Positions 1 to 9,595 of a stretch of DNA of 64,000 nt are shown piece by piece. Location: IMG/VR virus record IMGVR_UViG_3300032334_001937, positions 32,001-96,000 of that record; one strand, written 5' to 3'. The notes under the pieces are model-generated. The model saw only the letters and a program-made list of their open reading frames with translations. It was not told the DNA's origin and did not search any database. Made by a program: the position numbers and the translations under genes. Source of the stretch: a virus. Numbering within the stretch: position 1 is the first letter of the stretch; each line of letters begins with the position of its first letter.

Positions 1-68
1 GAAGGATCTGTTGTATAATGAAGTGGATGGTTAACTTGATCAACCGTAATGCTTAGGTTGTCACTCAT
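1..68 (-). CDS. DUF3310-like (T7 gp1.7-like) protein, N-terminal part, runs off window start
   Basis: Read manually from ATG at 68: MSDNLSITVDQVNHPLHYTTDP, matching the D-x-VNHP-x-HY N-terminal motif of the family. Confidence 0.6.
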   Translation of the reverse strand, partial: MSDNLSITVDQVNHPLHYTTDP

Positions 69-183
69 CATCTTCCTCCCAATCAAATGCTTCTGGCATT
101 CCCTTTAATGTAAATACAGCATAAGTTAATCCAACAGCACATACTGCTGCAACAAATGTTACAAACTTATGAAACTTATTCAT
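61..183 (-). CDS. 40-aa small membrane protein
   Basis: Read manually: MNKFHKFVTFVAAVCAVGLTYAVFTLKGMPEAFDWEEDDE; one hydrophobic helix and an acidic tail; overlaps neighbours in coupled fashion. Confidence 0.55.
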   Translation of the reverse strand: MNKFHKFVTFVAAVCAVGLTYAVFTLKGMPEAFDWEEDDE

Positions 184-335
184 CTTTTTGACTTCCTTAG
201 TCCAAATTTAGCAAGGTATACATAGATAGTTTCTACGCTTGTACCGCACTCTTTTGCAATATCTTGTGGAGACTTTTTATCCATAAGGAACCTCTTACGA
301 AGCCAAGTCTCGCTAGTATATAGTTTAGCAGCCAT
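180..335 (-). CDS. small helix-turn-helix protein
   Basis: Likely start MAAKLYT at 335; SPQDIAKECGTSVETIYVYL is HTH-like; similar to 63129..63332. Confidence 0.6.
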   Translation of the reverse strand: MAAKLYTSETWLRKRFLMDKKSPQDIAKECGTSVETIYVYLAKFGLRKSKR

Positions 336-339
336 AGTG

Positions 340-936
340 TTATTTGTCAACCCCAATAGCCTTACCCCAGTTATTGATAGCCCAGTGCCCAATACCGCAA
401 GCATCTGCCACATCATTATCAGTAATAGCTTTATCATAGATTGTATTTATAAACTTAATAGTTCTTTCTTTGCGTAGGTTACGCTCATAAGTTTTGTACC
501 ATGAAACAGACTTACCAGGGTGCTGTGCACGAATATAAAGTTGTTCATCTTTTGATATCTTCTTGTTTCCAATATAGTTTTGCCACGTAATAGGAGATAC
601 TTTTCCAAAGGTATCAATACCAGATAGGCCTGCTGCACCAAGAAGTGCACCCTGTACAAGAGCAAGATCGGCAGCAGTCTTAGGGCTATTCATGAAAACC
701 GTATGCTCAATAACTATGGCATCAACCATGTTGAACTGATCAAATAATCCCTTTGTTTTCTTGCATGCGTCTGCTACCTTTTCATATATATCATTACCGC
801 TAAAATTAATCTTTCCAATTGTTCCAAGGTTTTTAAATGAATAAAAAGCAAAAGCAAGACTATTAGTGCTAGCATCTATTGCACAAATATTATTTGGTTG
901 CACTGGTCCGCCCCACTTAGTCTTGTTCATATTCAA
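340..936 (-). CDS. ruvC: RuvC-like Holliday junction resolvase
   Basis: ICAIDASTNSLAFA, IVIEHTVF and DNDVADACGI motifs of the RuvC/RNase H fold. Confidence 0.75.
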   Translation of the reverse strand: MNMNKTKWGGPVQPNNICAIDASTNSLAFAFYSFKNLGTIGKINFSGNDIYEKVADACKKTKGLFDQFNMVDAIVIEHTVFMNSPKTAADLALVQGALLGAAGLSGIDTFGKVSPITWQNYIGNKKISKDEQLYIRAQHPGKSVSWYKTYERNLRKERTIKFINTIYDKAITDNDVADACGIGHWAINNWGKAIGVDK

Positions 937-1207
937 TAAAACCTTTTAACTCTTTTAACATCTTATCAACTGATTTTTTACTAATATTACAATTAGAACA
1001 GAAGCCTGAGTCGTTGTAGATTGAAAGATCAACTCCACAACCACCCAAGCATTTTCTGATCTTACCTATTCTCTTTTGTCTACGAGTTGCTTGATAGCGC
1101 TCTGCTATCTTTTCTTTTGTAGCTTCGTCTCTACAAGATTCACTGCAGTAAATCTGGTAAGAAACTTTTGGTGTGAAATAATTATCACATCTGCTACAAA
1201 GTTTCAC
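917..1207 (-). CDS. Cys-rich zinc-finger protein
   Basis: CxxC...YCSxxC and CxxxC...CxxC motifs. Confidence 0.6.
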   Translation of the reverse strand: MKLCSRCDNYFTPKVSYQIYCSESCRDEATKEKIAERYQATRRQKRIGKIRKCLGGCGVDLSIYNDSGFCSNCNISKKSVDKMLKELKGFIEYEQD

Positions 1208-2027
1208 TCAATTCCTCCAGAGAAGCAATCTTAATAGTTCCATCTCCAGCTTCAGCACATGCTGCCTTTACTGGACATGTTTTACAAATCTTTGAATTAC
1301 CACGATAGTTCTTTGTTGGGATGGTTTGATCATTCCATGCCTTGCGAACTTCTCTCATCCAATTAAAAGCATAGTCAACCCACTGGCGATAACCATCATT
1401 TACTTCTATTGGAATAATCATCAAGTCATGGTTATTTTTATTCTCATAAATAAGTGCACCCTTTTGCTTGCCAAGAATCTTCATATAAATCAACAGCTGA
1501 ACTAGGTGTCCAGCCTTTGGCTTATTTGTTTTCTTACGATACTCAAAAGCTTCACTCATCATTGTCTTAATTTCTCCAATGATTTCTTCACCCTCCCAAT
1601 TAAGCATTACGTCTCCGTAACCAAAGATTGGTGGGTCATTTGCAATAACCTTAAACTCTGTTGTCTTTTCACCCTTATCATTTACATATGGAACAGCAAC
1701 ACCAGAAGCAAGCATTGCTCCTTGAATTCTGTCGTGTCCCATAGTTCCTGCACTCATATTAGCAACACCATATGCGTCTGTGTAATCATCAAAAACATTA
1801 CCATTAAATGCAAGATACCAGTATCGTGGACACTGGCCATGCTGATATGCAATTGTTGATGGAGCAAATGTTTTCTTTGTGGTCATCTTTGGACCACGAC
1901 TAACTGTATATCCAGAATTAATCTTAGCTATCATATCCTCAGCATTGAAGATTGTATTTTGCTTAGTGATTGCTTCTTTCTTTTCTGCTTCTTTTAACAT
2001 AACCTGCTTTAGTAAACTTTTTGTCAT
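1194..2027 (-). CDS. Cas4-like / PD-(D/E)xK exonuclease
   Basis: CPRYWY, GYGD...IGEIKT, QLLIY and C-terminal CxxCxxxxxC Fe-S cluster motif. Confidence 0.8.
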   Translation of the reverse strand: MTKSLLKQVMLKEAEKKEAITKQNTIFNAEDMIAKINSGYTVSRGPKMTTKKTFAPSTIAYQHGQCPRYWYLAFNGNVFDDYTDAYGVANMSAGTMGHDRIQGAMLASGVAVPYVNDKGEKTTEFKVIANDPPIFGYGDVMLNWEGEEIIGEIKTMMSEAFEYRKKTNKPKAGHLVQLLIYMKILGKQKGALIYENKNNHDLMIIPIEVNDGYRQWVDYAFNWMREVRKAWNDQTIPTKNYRGNSKICKTCPVKAACAEAGDGTIKIASLEELSETL

Positions 2028-2061
2028 TTTTTATTCCCCTTGTTTATATAAGTATAGCAGG

Positions 2062-2376
2062 TTAGCGCATTATATACTTGAGTGCTGACACCAAGTTATT
2101 GATAGATTCCGCTGCTGTGTAATAAATGTTCTTCTTTGCACGATCATTCTTATCTACATTAGCCATCCAAGTAGCCTTAAAAGCCATCTTTGCTGCAATG
2201 GCCTGTAGTCTAACAATCTCAATACTTGCTACTTGGGTTGGAATATCTGGCTTAATAATTACCTTTGCAATAAATATTAGGGCAGCAGTTAGCTCTTCGT
2301 CTTGCATATAATCTGCAATCTCTGTCAAACCATTTACCATATCTAGTGTTGTTTGCTGTGGTCCTATTTCAGTCAT
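2062..2376 (-). CDS. hypothetical protein
   Basis: 104-aa ORF packed in the operon with an SD-like GGGGGA upstream. Confidence 0.6.
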   Translation of the reverse strand: MTEIGPQQTTLDMVNGLTEIADYMQDEELTAALIFIAKVIIKPDIPTQVASIEIVRLQAIAAKMAFKATWMANVDKNDRAKKNIYYTAAESINNLVSALKYIMR

Positions 2377-2662
2377 TTTGTTCCCCCTCTGTTAGTTGCT
2401 CTAATAGTTCTACTTCAATTACTGCTAATCTTACCTTGGCATTACCATCGCCTAAAATAATAAAAATTGCTGGATCGTTATGATTTTTAATAGCATCTGT
2501 AACTGCTTTAGCCCAGATATCTTTATTTATCGTTATACCCTTTGGATACTCCTTAAAGTCTACAGTAAAGTTTCTCCAAGTTGCATCACCTTTATGTGTG
2601 CCACGTCCAGAGTTCTTGTGCTGTTTAGCTCCAAGTCTTTTTGACTCACTTCTTTCGCTCAT
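2369..2662 (-). CDS. Hjc-like PD-(D/E)xK nuclease / Holliday junction resolvase
   Basis: NSGRG..KGDA...VDFKE motif. Confidence 0.6.
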   Translation of the reverse strand: MSERSESKRLGAKQHKNSGRGTHKGDATWRNFTVDFKEYPKGITINKDIWAKAVTDAIKNHNDPAIFIILGDGNAKVRLAVIEVELLEQLTEGEQND

Positions 2663-2825
2663 AGTCCTTCTTTGTTAAAATTAGTGGAACCCTTGATATA
2701 TGTTTTTGTGAGCACATCCAAGTAAGGTCAGCAGTTTCAATCCAAAGGCGAAGTGACCTAACTTCTTCTTTACACGATTGACAATTAAACTTACCGTTAA
2801 AAACTTTAAACTTTTCGTTAGACAT
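2646..2825 (-). CDS. 59-aa zinc-ribbon protein (below ORF-track cutoff)
   Basis: Read manually: MSNEKFKVFNGKFNCQSCKEEVRSLRLWIETADLTWMCSQKHISRVPLILTKKDYERKK; CxxC...CxxxH; fills the gap between recA and the next gene. Confidence 0.6.
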   Translation of the reverse strand: MSNEKFKVFNGKFNCQSCKEEVRSLRLWIETADLTWMCSQKHISRVPLILTKKDYERKK

Positions 2826-3831
2826 TTAACAACTTACTTCTAAGAGATTCTTGTAAATCAAGATCTTCTCTAACACGATTGATAAAACCTTCACGACCTT
2901 GAACCTTTGTTCCATCTTCAAGTTTATACCAGGCACCTGTGCGCTCTACAAGACCTGCTAGTTCAGCAGTGTCAACAAGATCACCGATACCATCAATACC
3001 AACATTATCGCCTCTAAAATAAAAGTCGTATTCACCGCTTTGGAAACCAGCAGATGTTTTAGAGAATTGTAACTCCCACTTAACCTTACGACCAATTTTT
3101 TCTTCAATCAGTTTATCTCCTACCTGAATCTTTCCCTTAATCGCTTGATTATCTGACTCAGAGGAAAACAACTTAATAACAGTTGAGGAATAAAACTTAG
3201 TAGCCTGACCACCAGAAGGCTGCTGGCTAGTATACATAGCACTAATATTGTTACGAGACTGAGAAATAAGAACAAGCAAAGTTGGCTTAACTTTATTGTT
3301 TGCATAGTTAAGCATCTTCCACGCATTACTAAAGTCTCTAGACTCAGCACCAATTTGCTTGGTATTCTCAAGTTGCTTAAGTTCATCTGTGTCCTTCTCA
3401 AAATAAATAGCAGGCAGCAGGGATGTAATACTGTCTACAACAATTATATCAACACCAGCATTCATTAGGCTTGTGCCAACATCTACCATCTCATTAATGG
3501 TTCTTGCTTGTGAATAAATAAGCTTTGTTGAATCTACCCCAAGCTTTTCAGCCCATGCAGAATCATATGACATTTCAGCATCAATCCATGCACAAACCTT
3601 GCCTTCTTTTTGTGCTTGACCAATCATTTGAAGGCACAGAGAAGACTTAGCAGAAGACTTAGAACCCCAGATAAGAACCTGACGACCATAAGGCAAACCA
3701 CCCTTTAAAGCCCTGTTAAGGCCAAAGCTAGGTGTTCCTGCATAGTCAACTTTTTGCCCTGTAGCATCTCCAAGACGCTTACGAATGCGTGGATCTAACT
3801 GTGCTAATACTTCTTCCATTGTTACTGACAT
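2818..3831 (-). CDS. recA: RecA/UvsX-like recombinase
   Basis: GGLPYGR, variant Walker A GSKSSAKS, WIDAE, IVVDSI, GGQATKFYSS, GAWY. Confidence 0.9.
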   Translation of the reverse strand: MSVTMEEVLAQLDPRIRKRLGDATGQKVDYAGTPSFGLNRALKGGLPYGRQVLIWGSKSSAKSSLCLQMIGQAQKEGKVCAWIDAEMSYDSAWAEKLGVDSTKLIYSQARTINEMVDVGTSLMNAGVDIIVVDSITSLLPAIYFEKDTDELKQLENTKQIGAESRDFSNAWKMLNYANNKVKPTLLVLISQSRNNISAMYTSQQPSGGQATKFYSSTVIKLFSSESDNQAIKGKIQVGDKLIEEKIGRKVKWELQFSKTSAGFQSGEYDFYFRGDNVGIDGIGDLVDTAELAGLVERTGAWYKLEDGTKVQGREGFINRVREDLDLQESLRSKLLNV

Positions 3832-4148
3832 TAAAATTTTACCCCGTGTTTTTCTGGTCTAGTCTTGTTAAACTCTGATTTTTGCTTAAGAATATAGTCA
3901 AGTGATTCTCTAGTATACCCTGCTTCAACCATTCCTGCATAAAGATCTAGCGTACGAATAATAATATCTGCAAATTCTTTAGCAATCTCTTCTTCGCCTT
4001 TATCTTTACGCACTGCCTCCATTACTTCAACAACTTCAGATACAATCATCATTAGTTGTTTAGCAACAAAGATATCGTCAATATCATCTGGCCAAAAACC
4101 TTTTTCAACTGCTACCTTGTGCAAATCAATTGCTAGCTGATCAAACAT
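3831..4148 (-). CDS. MazG-like nucleotide pyrophosphohydrolase
   Basis: SEVVEVMEAVRK...EFADIIIR acidic helical motif, C-terminal NKTRPEKHG. Confidence 0.75.
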   Translation of the reverse strand: MFDQLAIDLHKVAVEKGFWPDDIDDIFVAKQLMMIVSEVVEVMEAVRKDKGEEEIAKEFADIIIRTLDLYAGMVEAGYTRESLDYILKQKSEFNKTRPEKHGVKF

Positions 4149-7100
4149 TTACTACATCCTCCAATATAACTGTTCCGTCTTTAGTTTTACCCAAAGAAAC
4201 TTTATAAACATTTCCCTCTTCAATTGTCATGTATGCCTTAGAAAATGCTGTGGGGAATACAAGAACTGAATGAAGTTCTCTAGCAGCATCTGCTACTACA
4301 AGGTTTGCCATCTTCTTTCCAGCTTTTGTCATTCTTGGCTTAAAAGAAACCACAAACTGCTCTTCACCTTTATACGGCAACTGCTTATAATTTAAAAACT
4401 TTACTAAAGCATCTTTTGATTCTTTAATACTATCAGCAGGAATTGCATTTACAATTCTGTTATCACTAACAAGAATCAAATAAGTTTTACCAGTTTCAAT
4501 TGTTGTGTTCTCATCATCAAAGATTCCAACACTACCAGTCTTATCAAGAAATTCAACTCTTGACCATCCCTTACCACGCTTGACTGATTTAATCATTCCA
4601 AGCATAACAAATGATCCAGTCTCTTCATAATCTTCTGATTCTTGAATATAGGCATAGTAGTGTTGAGGTACCTGCATATTAAACTCAGGAAGGTTTAAAT
4701 ACTCGTAGAGATTTTCTTTAATCTCTTGATCATTACGTGGGCTGTCTTCAAATGTTGCTGCACCGATGATTCGTAATGCTTGAAGAGCACGAGAGTTAAC
4801 TCCGTTTCCTTTAGTAAAAGTAAACTCCTCAAGTTCAGCATATGATTTAAAAGGTCTAGCAGCCATGTATCTTTCAGCAATCTTGTCTGAGATAAACTTA
4901 ATGCCCGACAAACCAAAGCGTATACCCTTACCTTCAATCTTAAAATCAATATCTGATTCGTTAATATGAGGTAGCTTGACGTTAATTCCCATTCTTTTTG
5001 CTTCAATAAGGTACTCAGTACGTGCATCTTTATCCTTTTCATTCTTTAATAGTGAATACATAAACTCTAGTGGATAGTGGTACTTTAACCATGCTGTCCA
5101 ATATGAAAGTGTTGAATATGCTACTGCATGGGATTTGTTAAATGAATACCCTGCGTGAGCCTCAAAGTCATGCCATAAATCTAAAGCTTGGTTTGGCGAA
5201 ATATACGCAGACGCTCCCGCAACAAATCTATCCTTAAACTCATCAAACTCTTTAGCATCTTTTTTCTTTCCAATGATCTTTCTAACTTTATCTGCTTCCG
5301 ACATGGACATACCGCCAAGGTGTACGCATGCTTGCATAACCTGTTCCTGGTAAAGAATACAGCCATAGGTTTCCTCCGTAAATGATTTAAGAATCTGGTG
5401 CTTGTAGTCTGGATTCTGGCGACCATGCTTAATAGCAATATAGTCTTTTCCAATTGTATTCATCGCACCTGGACGAACCAATGCGTTAGATGCAGCAAGT
5501 TCTTCAAGATTCTTTACACGCATCTTAATAAGAAGGTTTGTGTATGGTGCTGCTTCACACTGAAATACTCCCTTTGTATATCCATCTGAGAGCATTGTAT
5601 ACACATTAGCATCATCCATATTAATCTTTAATAAATCAATCTTTGTTCCTTCACGGTCTTTAATAATATCAATACAGTCTTTAAGTACCGTCAAAGTTTT
5701 TAAACCCAATGCATCAATCTTAATCAAGCCAATGTTTTCAGCTTCTCCCATGTCTACAGCAACAACAGGAATTCGCTCATCTTGTCCAGCAACTGATCTT
5801 GTTTCCATTGGAGCATATCTAAAGATTGGGTCCTTAGATGTTACAACACCTGCAGCGTGAATTCCTGTACCCTTAATGCGACCACGAAGTTGTTCTCCGT
5901 ATAATTCTACTTCTGGATATTTTTCTCTAAACCACTGTGCACTCTTTGATACGCAGTATTCATCCCAATTATCAATTTGTTTGTTTACTTTGTTTGCATC
6001 AGCAAGTGGAATGTTTAAAACACGAGACACATCCTTAACAATGTTCTTGTCTTTAAACTGCATGAATGTTGCAATAGAAGCAACATGGCGATATTGTCTA
6101 ACTAGATAATCTTTTACTTCATCACGACGGTTGTCTTGAATGTCAGAGTCAATATCAGGAAAGTCATTGCGGTCTGGATTAATAAATCGGAAGAACAAAA
6201 GACCGTGCTTAATTGGGTCAATGTCTGTAATACCAAGTGCATAACAAAGCAATGAACCTGCTGCAGATCCACGACCAGGACCTACCATGATTCCTTCTTT
6301 CTTGGCCCAGTTAAGCATGTTGCGAACAACTAGGAAGTAAGGACCAAAGTTCTTTTCACTAATAATTTTTAATTCTTCATCAAGACGATCAAGATATTCT
6401 TGATTACTTTCTAGTCCACGCTCAGTCAAACCTTCAAGTGCAAGAGTCTTAAGTTCATTCATTGGCTTCTTGTATTGAACTGGAAGCAAATCAAGACCAG
6501 ACTTAATATCATAGTCTTCAACTTTGTCTGCAATCTCTAGTGAACTTGTGAACATCTCTTCGTCTGTATGTCCTTGTTCTGCCATTGCAGTCTTCATCTC
6601 TTCGTAAGAAAGAAGATGAATATCAAAGGTACGGAAAGACATTTGACGGTCTGCACCATATAGATAATCTAGGCGTTCCATCATGTTATCAATCTTCTTT
6701 GACTTTTCAAAGGTTGATTCCTTTAAAACTTTACCGTGGGTATTTAACAGAAGCATCATCTCCTGAATTTCTTTTTGACTTGTATCAGAATGATGACAGT
6801 CTGGTGTGACAACAACCTTTACATCAAATGCTTTTGCCAATGCAACAAGCTCATCATTAATGTTTTTTGGGTTATGTGGCATTAGTTCAATGTAGAAGTC
6901 ATCCTTAAAGCGATTCTTAAACCATTGAACTTTTTCTTTTGCAAATGCATACTCTTCATTTTCAATAGCCTTTGCAATAAGACCACCTTGACAAGCAGAC
7001 AAGGCAATAAGGCCATCTCCGTATTGATCTAATGCTTCAAAATCAATGCGTGGCTTGCGGTAAAAACCATCTGTCCATGCAATTTCATTTAACTTGTTAA

Positions 7101-7416
7101 GGTTTTCTAAACCTTGTTGGTTCTTAGCAAGAAGGACTATATGGAAGTAGTTAACATCAAGTGGACCTACCCTTTCGGACTTATCCCTTTTATCGTGTCT
7201 ATCTAATGCCAAATAGCCTTCTATGCCAAGAATTGGTTTGATGCCTTTTGCTTTTGCAATACGGTGCAGTTCCCTATGCCCAGATAAAGTACCGTGGTCA
7301 GTAATGGCAATTGCTGTCATTCCTAACTCAACTGCACGGTCAACGTATTCTTCTGGAGTAGCAACACCATCCATCAAGGAGTAGTGTGTATGGACATGCA
7401 AACCTACGTAATTCAC
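4141..7416 (-). CDS. dnaE: DNA polymerase III alpha subunit (family C)
   Basis: PHP motifs LHVHTHYSLMDG and TDHG; GPGRGSAAGS, PDIDSD, GIHAAGVV, KIDALGL, YSFNKSHA. Confidence 0.95.
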   Translation of the reverse strand: MNYVGLHVHTHYSLMDGVATPEEYVDRAVELGMTAIAITDHGTLSGHRELHRIAKAKGIKPILGIEGYLALDRHDKRDKSERVGPLDVNYFHIVLLAKNQQGLENLNKLNEIAWTDGFYRKPRIDFEALDQYGDGLIALSACQGGLIAKAIENEEYAFAKEKVQWFKNRFKDDFYIELMPHNPKNINDELVALAKAFDVKVVVTPDCHHSDTSQKEIQEMMLLLNTHGKVLKESTFEKSKKIDNMMERLDYLYGADRQMSFRTFDIHLLSYEEMKTAMAEQGHTDEEMFTSSLEIADKVEDYDIKSGLDLLPVQYKKPMNELKTLALEGLTERGLESNQEYLDRLDEELKIISEKNFGPYFLVVRNMLNWAKKEGIMVGPGRGSAAGSLLCYALGITDIDPIKHGLLFFRFINPDRNDFPDIDSDIQDNRRDEVKDYLVRQYRHVASIATFMQFKDKNIVKDVSRVLNIPLADANKVNKQIDNWDEYCVSKSAQWFREKYPEVELYGEQLRGRIKGTGIHAAGVVTSKDPIFRYAPMETRSVAGQDERIPVVAVDMGEAENIGLIKIDALGLKTLTVLKDCIDIIKDREGTKIDLLKINMDDANVYTMLSDGYTKGVFQCEAAPYTNLLIKMRVKNLEELAASNALVRPGAMNTIGKDYIAIKHGRQNPDYKHQILKSFTEETYGCILYQEQVMQACVHLGGMSMSEADKVRKIIGKKKDAKEFDEFKDRFVAGASAYISPNQALDLWHDFEAHAGYSFNKSHAVAYSTLSYWTAWLKYHYPLEFMYSLLKNEKDKDARTEYLIEAKRMGINVKLPHINESDIDFKIEGKGIRFGLSGIKFISDKIAERYMAARPFKSYAELEEFTFTKGNGVNSRALQALRIIGAATFEDSPRNDQEIKENLYEYLNLPEFNMQVPQHYYAYIQESEDYEETGSFVMLGMIKSVKRGKGWSRVEFLDKTGSVGIFDDENTTIETGKTYLILVSDNRIVNAIPADSIKESKDALVKFLNYKQLPYKGEEQFVVSFKPRMTKAGKKMANLVVADAARELHSVLVFPTAFSKAYMTIEEGNVYKVSLGKTKDGTVILEDVVNV

Positions 7417-7424
7417 CTAGAGTA

Positions 7425-8078
7425 TTACCAGTCCATGTTTGTGGATGTAGTACCTGGTGTATCAAAGCCTAGATAAAAGGCTTCTTGTTCAGCGTAAGGA
7501 ATCTTGTTGAGTGCCTTCTCTAGTGGGAAGGGTTCAATTGTTGCCCAATCAAATGGTTCCTTATCTGGACCACCTGGAATAAGTGTGTATGATGTTTCAG
7601 TTCCCTGACCATTACGCTTCACCTTCCAAGTAAGATTTGAAATACTGCCTGTCTCCAGTGCGTATTCACGAATAGTATTAAATGCAGATTGCTTGCTAAC
7701 ACCCATTGACCAAATAGCCACGTATGGTGCTTCAATGCCGTCATCTACAAGTACGTTGCAATAGAAACGAAGACGTGCTCTCCAGCCTGCCTTCATATCC
7801 TTGCGATGCATTTCTTCTGCCCAGTCACGACCTTCTGTATCCATTGTATCTACAGCCTTACGCTTATAGTCCTTTGGATTTGTGTGTTCTGAAACAACGA
7901 GTGCAAGACCACGATCTTCATTGTAGTTTGCTGAGTCTTCATCAAGTTCCTCAATGAAACGGATCTTTACTGATTGTCCATCAGCTAGCTTAAGCCAACG
8001 AACCTTTGTGCCTGTGCCTTCATACTTGGGCTTATCTACCAATGCGTTGATATTTTTTAGTCCCTTTACAATAGCCAT
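7425..8078 (-). CDS. single-stranded DNA-binding protein (gp32-like)
   Basis: WLKLADGQSVKIRF, KRNGQGTETSY, acidic/aromatic C terminus; lies between polymerase and primase. Confidence 0.65.
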   Translation of the reverse strand: MAIVKGLKNINALVDKPKYEGTGTKVRWLKLADGQSVKIRFIEELDEDSANYNEDRGLALVVSEHTNPKDYKRKAVDTMDTEGRDWAEEMHRKDMKAGWRARLRFYCNVLVDDGIEAPYVAIWSMGVSKQSAFNTIREYALETGSISNLTWKVKRNGQGTETSYTLIPGGPDKEPFDWATIEPFPLEKALNKIPYAEQEAFYLGFDTPGTTSTNMDW

Positions 8079-8109
8079 TTTATTTTTCTCCTATATGTTT
8101 GTTATGTTT

Positions 8110-9033
8110 TTATTTTAGCATGGCGATGATTGAATTGTCAAACTGGAACTCCAACTTTTTAATTGCCTCATCATCCATATCGCCTATATCTTTATATTTT
8201 TTATCTAACTGTATTACTGTGATAAGGTGACCTAGTTTCTCAACTAGTTTATCTTTCATGATAGAGCCAGCCTCATCGTTGTCTGCAACAAGCACAACAT
8301 TATTGAAGTACTTTGCTAATAGTTTAATCTGCGATGCAGAAACATTAGCCCCCAGTGTTGCAACTGCTGGGAAACCCACTTGATCAAGCCTAATAGCATC
8401 AAATGATGATTCAACTACATAGACTGTTGTTGATGTTTTAACTCTGTGCAAGTTAAACAAAATCTTACTTTTTAGTAAACCTGGAGTATTCTTGAAGTCT
8501 TTGCCCTCAATAGTTCTAGCAACAAACCCAATGCACATCCCATCTGGAGTAGCCATAGGTATTGTTACTGAGTCTTGCTTTTCAGAATAACCTAGATTAA
8601 ATTTTATCACAGAATCTTTTGTTATGCTACGACCCTCAAAATATCTCATTGCTCTTGGTGATTCAATAGCCTGATTATTAAGTCTTTTAATTAGTAGTTC
8701 ATCATATTGAACAAAGTCTGCAGGAGCATAAAGCGCTTTATCAATTATAGAAGAAAGGTTTGATTCTTGCTCTTTGCTTTTAATATAGCGAACTGCCTCA
8801 AAGTATGTTCTGTTTGACATAAACATAATTAGTTCAGTTAGATTCTTGGTTATTTGACAACCAAAGCAAAAGAATAGCCCAGACTCTTTGGAAACTTCTC
8901 CAGCAGGAGTTCTATTATTGTTGTGATACGGACAAAAGATAATAAAGTCAGAGCCAAACTCAGCTTCAATGTCAATGCCTGCTCCATTAAGAACACGACG
9001 AATCTGATCTTCTGTATATATACTTTTATCCAT
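8110..9033 (-). CDS. dnaG: DNA primase (CHC2 zinc finger + TOPRIM)
   Basis: CPYH...FFCFGC, VVESSFDAI, ADNDEAG, KDIGD. Confidence 0.9.
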   Translation of the reverse strand: MDKSIYTEDQIRRVLNGAGIDIEAEFGSDFIIFCPYHNNNRTPAGEVSKESGLFFCFGCQITKNLTELIMFMSNRTYFEAVRYIKSKEQESNLSSIIDKALYAPADFVQYDELLIKRLNNQAIESPRAMRYFEGRSITKDSVIKFNLGYSEKQDSVTIPMATPDGMCIGFVARTIEGKDFKNTPGLLKSKILFNLHRVKTSTTVYVVESSFDAIRLDQVGFPAVATLGANVSASQIKLLAKYFNNVVLVADNDEAGSIMKDKLVEKLGHLITVIQLDKKYKDIGDMDDEAIKKLEFQFDNSIIAMLK

Positions 9034-9595
9034 TTGTCACTTCTTCAATCGTAGAATTAAAAGCACATCCCATACTATATCTTATTCCAGACTTTACATA
9101 ATCTACAGAGTGAAGCTCATCCATTTGATAAAATGCAAAATCTCCAGTTGCTGGCTTATACTTGTAATCTCTTTCTGGAAAAGAAAGTTCTCCACCCTCA
9201 TAATCATCGTTTATGTAGAGCATACAGACAAACCCATTAGAGTTTTCTGTTTTAGAATCTTTATGAGTAGCCATTGGACGATAAGGTTTTAGTTTAGAAA
9301 CTGCAAGAAATGGTTGATATGGGTCTGCATTTAAAAGATTAATTTTTTTAGCATAATCATTCATTGTTAAAGATAAAGCATTAAAGAATAAATTACGTAG
9401 TTCAATTGCCTCTATACTATCTGTGTTAGCAAAATAATTTGGCAGCTCCATGGTTTCATGTGGTCTGCGTTCAACCTTTTGAAATGAATAACAATTTGTA
9501 TCAATCTTATCAATTAAATTAATCCAATGCTGTGTGTCAATATCAACTGAGTATATACTAAGAAAATCATTATTAACCTTATGCACCAAAGACAT
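9026..9595 (-). CDS. 2OG-Fe(II) oxygenase, prolyl-4-hydroxylase-like
   Basis: HKD...YINDDYEGGELSF...LHSV...GIRYS. Confidence 0.85.
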   Translation of the reverse strand: MSLVHKVNNDFLSIYSVDIDTQHWINLIDKIDTNCYSFQKVERRPHETMELPNYFANTDSIEAIELRNLFFNALSLTMNDYAKKINLLNADPYQPFLAVSKLKPYRPMATHKDSKTENSNGFVCMLYINDDYEGGELSFPERDYKYKPATGDFAFYQMDELHSVDYVKSGIRYSMGCAFNSTIEEVTNG

